NCBI RefSeq assembly: GCF_004010195.1
Contig: NC_057719.1
Span: forward strand, 66,800,421 to 66,835,715
Length of the DNA stretch: 35,295 bases
DNA from: Chiloscyllium plagiosum
Lineage: Eukaryota
Reading direction: 5' to 3'
The position numbers and the translations under genes are program-made. How positions within the stretch are numbered: the first letter of the stretch is position 1; each line of letters opens with the position of its first letter. This document shows, one piece after another, positions 24,950 to 34,800 of this stretch. Below the pieces are notes generated by a model. It was not told the origin of the DNA, searched no databases, and saw only the letters and a program-made list of their open reading frames with translations.

Positions 24950-25530
24950 GCCCCTCGGTGCTTTAGCGTGCTATGCTCTAAGTGCTCACCCGGCTGTGAT
25001 CCCGGCCTTGTGCCCGGTTGTTGCCGTTGATCCTGTTCCAGTTTTTCACTTTGATGCCGTAAGTTCGAAGTTGCTGCACGGCGGCCAGCCTCAGCACATT
25101 CCTGTCGGCCTTCATGTCGGCGCGGGAGAAAACTGAGCAAAGGGTCTGTAGCCTCGACCAACACGTCCCACTCGGACCGACTCAGTCCTTTATTTCCCAA
25201 CCGCCCGACCCTCTATTACCCTTCCCGACCACCTCGCACGAACCTCTTCTGTTTGTTTAACCTTGCCCGGCCCTCGAACTCCCCCCCATCTTCAACCCTC
25301 GGACCGACTTTTTCAGCGGCCCCACTTTTACCTGCCCACCCCAGCTTCCTCCCCACAAAGAAGGCCCTCTCTGCAGTCCGCACTGGCAGTCTCTCTTCCT
25401 CTCCCCACTCAAACGGTGGCGCTCCTGAAAGGCGCGCGCCTCCCATTGGCTAACGCCGTTTCAAATCCGAGATGCGCGCGCGCGCTGCCTAACGGTCAGA
25501 GGGAAGTGGTGGAGTGTGACGTGGACAAAC
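24950..25530 (-). promoter_or_regulatory. CpG-island promoter and 5' UTR of ARHGAP11A with cell-cycle-type motifs
   Basis: GC/CpG-rich block in AT-rich DNA; minus-strand CCAAT (25445-25449) and CHR-like TTTGAA (25460-25465); (GC)n run at 25473-25485; TAACGG MYB-like site (25490-25495); GGAAGT (25502-25507); TGACGT (25517-25522). Confidence 0.8.
24990..25115 (-). CDS. ARHGAP11A: ARHGAP11A coding exon 1 (MKADRNVLRLAAVQQLRTYGIKVKNWNRINGNNRAQGRDHSR)
   Basis: Manual translation; ATG at 25115-25113 in context gacATGa; resembles the human N-terminus LVRLALLQHLRAFYGIKVK; ends CGG|GTGAGC donor, phase 0, 126 bp; lies in the CpG island. A different frame from the 24877..25200 ORF in the track. Confidence 0.93.
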
Positions 25531-25532
25531 TT

Positions 25533-25716
25533 TAGACCCGGTGGAAATTGTAATGTTAGTGTGAGCAGGGGATACTGTAGACCCAGTGTGAACTGTAATC
25601 CTAGTGTGAACAGGGGATACTGTACACCGAGTGTAAACTGTAATCCGAGTGCGAGCAGAGAATACTGTACACAGAGTGTAAACTGTAAACCGAGTGCGAG
25701 CAGGGGATATCATAGA
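25533..25716. repeat. Promoter-proximal start of the 45-bp tandem repeat array (about 4 units)
   Basis: Units match the consensus GAGCAGGGGATACTATAGACCCAGTGTAAACTGTAATCCGAGTGC. Confidence 0.95.
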
Positions 25717-25722
25717 GGTAAA

Positions 25723-25861
25723 NNNNNNNNNNNNNNNNNNNNNNNNNNNNNNNNNNNNNNNNNNNNNNNNNNNNNNNNNNNNNNNNNNNNNNNNNNNNNN
25801 NNNNNNNNNNNNNNNNNNNNNNNNNNNNNNNNNNNNNNNNNNNNNNNNNNNNNNNNNNNNN
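25723..25861. other. Assembly gap (139 N)
   Basis: N run between the satellite and the LTR. Confidence 1.
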
Positions 25862-25864
25862 AGT

Positions 25865-26519
25865 TGTTTTAAAAAATTCTCAAGGTCAAGGACCAGGCTC
25901 GCAGGAAAGTAGTCTGACACAGAGCAAACAGCCAAGAGGCGAGTCTGCTAGAATATAAGTGTTTTATTCCCCGCAGCGTCGCCACAACCAGGTCTCGTAC
26001 TTACACCGGGTCTGGTTTATACTCACTCTACGTGTTACCGGAACTGGGAGCCGTCAGTTCTCGTAGAGCGGTTGCCAACAACCCACGCTCGGCGGTTAAA
26101 CGCAACCCCGGAGCAGACTCTACCGAACTGGAGACTTTTCCAGCTGATATACTCTTTTCGAGATCTAAACATTCATGTGAACAGCAGAGCAAGGCTAAAA
26201 AACACATTCCATTCTGGTTACATACAGATAAGAAGATTCACACGGGAAGGTGTATAATAAGATTCACACGGGACTAAGCGACACCTTCCATTTTCGGTTA
26301 GAGCAGAGCAAGGCTAAAAAACACATTCCAATAAGAAGATTCACACGGGAAGGTGTATAATAAGATTCACACAGGACTAAGCGACACCTTCCATTTTCGG
26401 TTAGATTCACACATGTATTGGGACACAATTTTAACCCTCTCACCACATTCCACTGCTTGGCCCAATACATGTGTTGCATAATGATTCACACATGTATTGG
26501 GACATAATTTTACACCACA
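25865..26519 (-). mobile_element. Complete 655-bp LTR of an ERV or LTR retrotransposon, probably the 5' LTR
   Basis: Minus strand starts TGTGGTGTAAA and ends TTTTTTAAAACA; AATAAA about 100 nt before the end (25963-25968); TATA candidates at 26016-26021 and 26146-26151; tandem repeats in the U3-like half; sharp junction with the satellite at 26519/26520; the same terminus recurs at 21471 and 29133 with different flanks. Confidence 0.85.
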
Positions 26520-29132
26520 GTGTGTGAGCAGGGGATACTATAGACCCAGTGTAAACTGTAATCCGAGTGCGAGCAGGGGATGCAATAGACCCAGTATAAA
26601 CTGTAATCCGAGTACGAGCAGGTGATGCTACAGACCCAGTCTGAACTGTAATCCGAGTGTGAGTAGGGGATACTGTAGACCCAGCCTGAACTGTAATCCG
26701 AGTGCGAGCAGGGGATACTATAGACCCAGTGTAAACTGTAATCCGAGTGCGAGCAGGGGATACTATAGACACAGTGGAAATTGTAATCCGAGTGTGAACA
26801 AGGGATACTGTACACAGAGTGTAAACTGTAATCCGAGCGCGAGCAAAGGATACTGTAGACCCAGTGTGAACTGTAATCCGAGTGCAAGCAGGGGGTACTA
26901 TAGACCCAATGTAAACTGTAATCTTAGTGCGAGCAGGGGATGCTATAGACCCAGTGTAAACTGTAATCCTAGTGTGAGCATGGGATACTGTAGACCCAGT
27001 GTAAACTGTAATCCTAGTGCGAGCAGGGGATACTATAGACCCAGTGTGAACTGTAATCCTGGTGTGAACAAGGGATACTGTACACCGAGTGTAAACTGTC
27101 ATCCGAGCGCGAGCAAGGGATACTGTAGACCCAGTGTAAACTGTAATCCGAGTATGAGCAAGAGATACTATAGACCCAGTGTGAACTGTAATCCGAGTGC
27201 AATCAGGGGATACTATAGACCCAGTGTAAACTGTAATCCGAGTATGAGCAAGAGATACTATAGACCCAGTGTGAACTGTAATCCGAGTGCAAGCAGGGGA
27301 TACTATAGACCCAGTGTAAACTGTAATCCTAGTCTGAGCAGGGGATACTATAGACACTGTGGAAACTGTAATCCGAGTGCTAGCAGAGGATACTATAGAC
27401 CCAGTGGAAACTGTAATCCTAGTGCGAGCAGAGGATACTATAGACCCAGTGTAAACTGTAATCCTAGTGTGAGCAGGGGATACTGTAGACCCAGTGTAAA
27501 CTGTAAACCGAGTGCGAGCAGGGGATACCATAGACCCAGTGTGAACTGTAATCCGAGTGCGAGCAGGGGAAAATATAGACCCAATGTAAACTGTAATCCG
27601 AGAGTGAGCAGGGGATGCTATAGACCCGGTGTGAACTGTAATCCGAGTGCGAGCAGGGGAATACTATAGACCCAGTGGAAACTGTAATCCTAGTGCGAGC
27701 AGGGGATACGGTAGACCAGTGTAAACTGTAATCCGAGAGTGAGCAGGGGATACTATAGACCCAGTGTAAACTGTAATCCTAGTGCGAGCAGGGGATGCTG
27801 TACACCCAGCCTGAACTGTATTCCGAGTGCGAGCAGGGAATACTATAGACCCAGTGTAAACTGTAATCCGAGTGCGAGCAGGGGATACTATAGACATAGT
27901 GTAAATTGTAATCCGAGTGCGAACGGAGGATACTATAGACACAATGTAGACTGCAATCCAAGTGCAAGCAGGGGATACTATAGACCCAACCCGAAGTGTA
28001 ATCCGAGTACGAGCAGGGGATACGATAGACCCAGTGGAAACCGTAATCCGAGTGCTAGCAGAGGATACTATAGACGGGTTTAAACGGTAATCCGAGTGCG
28101 AGCAGGGGATACGATAGACCCAGTGGAAACCGTAATCCGAGTGCTGGCAGAGGATACTATAGACGGGTGTAAACGGTAATCCGAGTGCGAGCAGGGGATA
28201 CGATAGACCCAGTGGAAACTGTAATCAGAGTGCTAGCAGAGGATACTATAGACCCAGCCTGAACTGTAATCCGAGTGCGAGCAGGGAATATTATAGACCC
28301 AATGTAAACTGTAATCCGAGTGCGAGCAGGGGATGCTATAGACACAGTGTAAATTGTAATTTGAGTGCGAACGGTGGATACTATAGACACAATGTAGACT
28401 GCAATCCAAGTGCGAGCAGGGGATACTATAGACCCAACCTGAAGTGTAATTCGAGTGTGAGCAGGGGATACTATAGACCCAGTGTAAACTGTAATACGAG
28501 TGCGAGCAGGGGATAATATAGAACCAGCCTGAACTGTAATGGGAGTGTGAGCAGGGGCTACAATAGACCCAGTGTAAACTGTAATCCGAGTGTGAACAGG
28601 TGATACTATAGACCCAGTGTAAACTGTAATCCGAGTGCGAGCAGGGGATACTGTGGACCCAGCATGAACTGTAATCCAAGTGCGAGCAGGGGATACTATA
28701 GACCCAGCCAGAACTGTAATCTGAGTGTGAGTAGGGGATACTATAGACTCAGTGTAAACTATAATCCAAGTGCGAGCAGGGGATACTATACACCCAGTGT
28801 GAACTGTAATCCTAGTGTGAACAAGGGATACTGTACACCGAGTGTAAACTGTAATCCGAGCGCGAGCAAGGGATACTGTAGACCCAGCCTGAACTGTAAT
28901 CCGAGTGCGAGCAGGGGATACGATAGACCCAGCCTGAACTGTAATCTGAGTGTGAGTAGGGGATACTGTAGACCCAGCCTGAACTGTAATCCGAGTGCGA
29001 ACAGGGGATACCATAGACCCAGTGTGAACTGTAATCCGAGCGTGTGCAGGGGATACCATAGACCCAGTGTAAACCATAATCCGTGTGCGAACAGGGGATA
29101 CCATAGACCCAGTGTGAACTGTAATCCGTGTG

Positions 29133-29209
29133 TGTTTTAAAAAGAATTCTCAAGGTCAAGGACCAGGCTCGCAGGAAAGTAGTCTGACACAGAACAAACA
29201 GCCAAGAGG
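29133..29209 (-). mobile_element. 77-bp terminal (U5) remnant of the same LTR, inside the satellite
   Basis: Matches 25865-25939 except for a 2-bp insertion and one substitution; preceded by GTGTG (29128-29132). Confidence 0.9.
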
Positions 29210-31832
29210 GAGCAGGGGATGCAATAGACCCAGTATAAACTGTAATCCGAGTACGAGCAGGAGATGCTACAGACCCAGTCTGAACTGTAATCCAAGTGTG
29301 AGTAGGGGATACTGTAGACCCAGCCTGAACTGTAATCCGAGTGCGAGCAGGGGATACTATAGACCCAGTGTAAACTGTAATCCGAGTGCGAGCAGGGGAT
29401 ACTATAGACACAGTGGAAATTGTAATCCGAGTGTGAACAAGGGATACTGTACACCGAGTGTAAACTGTAATCCGAGCGCGAGCAAGGGATACTGTAGACC
29501 CAGTGTGAACTGTAATCCGAGTGCAAGCAGGGGGTACTATAGACCCAATGTAAACTGTAATCTTAGTGCGAGCAGGGGATGCTATAGACCCAGTGTAAAC
29601 TGAAATCCTAGTGCGAGCAGGGGATACTATAGACACAGTGTAAATTGTAATCCGAGTGCGAATGGTGGATACTATAGACACAATGTAGACTGCAATCCAA
29701 GTGTGAGCAGAGGATACTATAGACCCATTGTAAACTGTAATCCTAGTGTGAGCATGGGATACTGTAGACCCAGTGTAAACTGTAATCCTAGTGCGAGCAG
29801 GGGATACTATAGACCCAGCGTTAACTGTAATTCGAGTGCAAGCAGGGGATACTATAGACCCAATGTAAACTGTAATCCGAGTGCGGGCTGGGGATACTAT
29901 AGACCCAGTGTAAACTGTAGTCCGAGTGCGAGCAGTGGATACTATAGACCCAGTGGAAACTGTAATCCGAGTGTGAGTAGGGGATACTGTAGACCCAGTC
30001 TGAACTGTAATCCGAGTGTGAGTAGGGGATACTGTAGACCCAGCCTGAACTGTAATCCAAGTGCGAGCTGGGGATACTATAGACCCAGTATAAACTGTAA
30101 TCCAAGTGCGAGCCGGGGATGCTATAGACCCAGCTTGAACTGTAATCCGAGTGTGAGCAGGGAATACTATAGACCCAGCCTGAACTGTAATCCGAGTGCG
30201 AGCAGGGGATACTATAGACTCAGCCTGAACTGTAATCCGAGTCCGAGCAGGCGATACGATAGACCCAGTGTAAACTGTAATCCTAGTGCAAGCAGGTGAT
30301 GCTACAGATCCAGCCTGAACTGTAATCCGAGTGCAAGCAGGGAATACTATAGACCCAATGTAGTCTGTAATCCGAGTGCGAGCAGGGGATGCTATAGACA
30401 CAGTGTAAATTGTAATCCGAGTGCGAATGGTGGATACTATAGACACAATGTAGACTGCAATCCAAGTACGAGCGGGGGATACTGTAGACCCAGTGGAAAC
30501 TGTAATCCGAGAGTGAGCAGGGGATACTATAGACCCAGCCTGAACTGTAATCCGAGTGCGAGCAGGGGATACTATTAACCCAGTGTAAACTCTAATCCGA
30601 GTGTTAGCAGGGGATAATATAGACCGAGTGTAAACTGTAATCCGAGTGCGAGCAGGGGATACTATAGACCCAGTGTAAACTGAAATCCGAGTGCGAGCAG
30701 GATATACTCTAGACCCAGTGTAAACTGTAATCCTAGTGTGAGCAGGGGATACTATAGACCCAGCCTGAACTGTAATCTGAGTGCGAACAGGGGATACTAT
30801 AGACCCAGTATAAACTGTACTCCGAGTGCGAGTAGGGGATACCATTGACCCAGTGTAAACTGTAATCCCAGTGCGAGTAGGGAATACTATAGACCCAGTG
30901 TAAACTGGAACCCTAGTGCGAGCAGGCGATACTATAGACGCAGTGTAAACTGTAATCCGACGCGAGCAGGGGATGCAATAGACCCAGTATAAACTGTAAT
31001 CCGAGTGCGAGCAGGGGATACTATAGTCCCAGTGTAAACTGTAATCCAAGCGAGCAGAAGGGAATACCATAGACCCAATGTAAACTGTAATCCGAGCGTG
31101 TGCAGGGGATACCATAGACCCAGTGTGAACTGTAATCCGTGTGCGAGCAGGGGATACCATAGACGCAGTGTGAACTGTAATCCGAGCGTGTGCAGGGGAT
31201 ACCATAGACCCAGTGTAAACCATAATCCGTGTGCGAACAAGGGATACCATAGACCCAGTGTGAACTGTAATCCGAATGTGAGCAGGGGATACTATAGACC
31301 CAGTGTAAACTGTAATCCGAGTGCGAACAGGGGATGCAATAGACCCAGTATAAACTGTAATCCGAGTACGAGCAGGTGATGCTACAGACCCAGCCTGAAC
31401 TGTAATCAGAGTGTGAGCAGGGGATATTATAGACCCAGTCTAAACTGTGATCCGCGTGTGAGCAGGTGGTACTATAGACCCCTTGTAACCTGTAATCCGA
31501 AGTGGAAACTGTAATCCGAGAGTGAGCAGGGGATACTATAGACACTGTGGAAACTGTAATCCGAGTGCTAGCAGAGGATACTATAGACCCAGTGTAAACG
31601 GTAATCCGAGTGCGAGCAGGGGATACTATAGACCCAGTGGAAACTGTAATCCTAGTGCGAGCAGGGGATACTGTAGACCCAGTGGAAACTGTAATCTGAG
31701 AGTGAGCAGGGGATACTATAGACACTGTGGAAACTGTAATCCGAGTGCTACCAGAGGATACTATAGACCCAGTGTAAACGGTAATCCGAGTGCGAGCAGG
31801 GGATACTATAGACCCAGTGTAAATTGTAATCC

Positions 31833-31895
31833 NNNNNNNNNNNNNNNNNNNNNNNNNNNNNNNNNNNNNNNNNNNNNNNNNNNNNNNNNNNNNNN
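31833..31895. other. Assembly gap (63 N) inside the satellite
   Basis: N run. Confidence 1.
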
Positions 31896-34800
31896 TAAAC
31901 TGTAATCCGAGTACGAGCAGGTGATGCTACAGACCCAGCCTGAACTGTAATCAGAGTGTGAGCAGGGGATATTATAGACCCAGTCTAAACTGTCATCCGA
32001 GTGTGAGCAGGTGGTACTTTCGACCCCTTGTAACCTGTAATCCGAGTGCGAGCAGGCGATACTATAAGACCCTGTGTGAACAGTAATCGGAGTGTGAGCA
32101 GGGGATACTATAGAGCTGGTGTGAACAGTAATCGGAGTGTGAGCAGGGGATACTAATGACTCGGTGTAATCTGAAATCCGAATGTGAGCAGGGGATACTA
32201 TAGACCCTATGTAAACTGTAACCCGATTGCGAGCAGGGGATACTATAGACCCAGTGTAAACTGTAATCCTAGTGCAAGCAGGGGATACTAAAGACCCAGT
32301 GTAAACTGTAATCGGAGTGCGAGCAGGGGATATTATAGACCCAGTGTAAACTGTAATCCGAGTGAGAGCAGGCGATACTATAGACCCAGTGTAAACTGTA
32401 AGCCGAGTGCGATCGCGGGATACTATAGACCCAGTGTAAACTGTAATCCGAATGTGACCGGGGATACTATAGACCCAGTGTAAACTGTAATCCTAGTGTG
32501 AGCAGGGGATACGAAAGATCCAGCCTGAACTGTAATCTGAGTGCGAACAGGGGATACTATAGACCCAGTATAAACTGTACTCCGAGTGCGAGTAGGGGAT
32601 ACCATAGACCCAGTGTAAACTGTAATCCCAGTGCGAGTAGGGGATACTATAGACCCAGTGTAAACTGGAACCCTAGTGTGAGCAGGCGATACTATAGACG
32701 CAGTGTAAACTGTAATCCGACGCGAGCAGGGGATGCAATAGACCCAGTATAAACTGTAATCCGAGTACGAGCAGGTGATGCTACAGACCCAGCCTGAACT
32801 GTAATCAGAGTGTGAGCAGGGGATATTATAGACCCAGTCTAAACTGTAATCTGAGTGCGATCGGGGGATACTATAGACCCAGTGTAAACTGTAATCCAAG
32901 CGCGAGCAGGGAATACCATAGACCCAATGTAAACTGTAATCCGAGCGTGTACAGGGGATACCATAGACCCAGTGTAAACCATAATCCGTGTGCGAACAGG
33001 GGATACCATAGACCCAGTGTGAACTGTAATCCGAGTGTGAGCAGGGGATACTATAGACCCAGTGTAAACTGTAATTCGAGTGCGAGCAGGGGATGCAATA
33101 GACCCAGTATAAACTGTAATCCGAGTACGAGCAGGTGATGCTACAGACCCAGCCTGAACTGTAATCAGAGTGTGAGCAGGGGATATTATAGACCCAGTCT
33201 AAACTGTGATCCGCGTGTGAGCAGGTGGTACTATAGACCCCTTGTAACCTGTAATCCGAGTGCGAGCAGGGGATACTATAGACACAGTGTAAATTGTAAT
33301 CCGAGTGCGAACGGAGGATACTATAGACACAGTGTAGACTGCAATCCAAGTGCAAGCAGGGGATACTGTAGACCCAACCCGAAGTGTAATCTGAGTGCGA
33401 GCAGGGGATACTATAGACCCTGTGGAAATTGTAATCCGAGTGCTAGCAGAGGATACTATACACCCAGTGTAAACGGTAATCCGAGTGCGAGCAGGGGATA
33501 CTATAGACCCAGTGGAAACTGTAATCCTAGTGCGAGCAGGGGATACTGTAGACCCAGTGGAAACTGTAATCCGAGAGTGAGCAGGGGATACTATAGACCC
33601 AGTGTGAACTGTAATCCGAGTCCGAGCAGGCGATACGATAGACCCAGTGTAAACTGTAATCCTAGTGCGAGCAGGGGATGCTATAGACCCAGCCTGAACT
33701 GTAATCCGAGTGCGAGCAGGAAATACTATAGACCCAATGTAAACTGTAATCCGAGTACGAGCAGGGGATACTATAGACACAGTGGAAACTGTAATCCTAG
33801 TGCGAGCAGGGGATACTGTAGACCCAGTGGAAACTGTAATCCGAGAGTGAGCACGGGATACTATAGACCCAACCCAAAGTGTAATCCGAGTGCAAGCAGG
33901 GGATACTATAGACCCAGTGGAAACTGTAATCCGAGTGCTAGCAGAGGATACTATAGACCAAGTGTAAACTGTAATCTGAGTGTGAGTAGGGGATACTGTA
34001 GACCCAGCCTGAACTGTAATCCGAGTGTGAGTAGGGGATACTGTAGACCCAGCCTGAACTGCAATCCGAGTGCGAGCTGGGGATACTATAGACCCAGTAT
34101 AAACTGTAATCCAAGTGCGAGCAGGGGATACTATAGACCCAGCGTTAACTGTAATTCGAGTGCAAGCAGAGGATACTATAGACCCAATGTAAACTATAAT
34201 CCGAGTGCGAGCTGGGGATACTATAGACCCAGTATAAACTGTAATCCAAGTGCGAGCCGGGGATGCTATAGACCCAGCTTGAACTGTAATCCGAGTGCGA
34301 GCAGGGGATGCTATAGACCCAGTGTGAAGTGGAATCCGAGTGTGAGCAGGGAATGCTATAGACCCAGCCTGAACTGTAATCCGAATGTGAGCAGGGGATA
34401 CTATAGACCCAGCCTGAACTGTAATCCAAGTCCGAGCAGGCGATACGATGGACCCAGTGTAAACTGTAATCCTAGTGCAAGCAGGTGATGCTACAGACCC
34501 AGCCTGAACTGTAATCCGAGTGCAAGCAGGGAATACTATAGACCCAATGTAATCTGTAATCCGAGTGCGAGCAGGGGATGCTATAGACACAGTGTAAATT
34601 GTAATCCGAGTGCGAACGGTGGATACTATAGACACAATGTAGACAGCAATCCAAGTGCGAGCGGGGGACACTGTAGACCCAGTGGAAACTGTAATCCGAG
34701 AGTGAGCAGGGGATACTATAGACCCAGTGTGAACTGTAATACGAGTGCGAGCAGAGGATACTATAGACCCAGCCTGAACTGTAATGGGAGTGTGAGCAGG

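Noticed and set aside
24877..25535. ORFs of 66-107 aa over the promoter
   Set aside because: Stop-poor GC-rich sequence; the real exon 1 is in another frame.
21442..29209. The recurring TGTTTTAAAAAATTCTCAAGG sequence beside gaps as a sequencing adapter
   Set aside because: It matches no adapter I know, extends into a 655-bp TG...CA element with a TSD, and one copy is internal and diverged.
26440..34671. Long repetitive ORFs up to 812 aa (SRGYYRPSVNCNPSA, ITVYTGSIVSPARTR, CSHSDYSLHWVYSIP repeats)
   Set aside because: The 45-bp unit is a multiple of 3 and lacks stops in three frames, so ORFs appear on both strands at once; stops and frameshifts are scattered, and there is no unique N- or C-terminal domain or splice structure.
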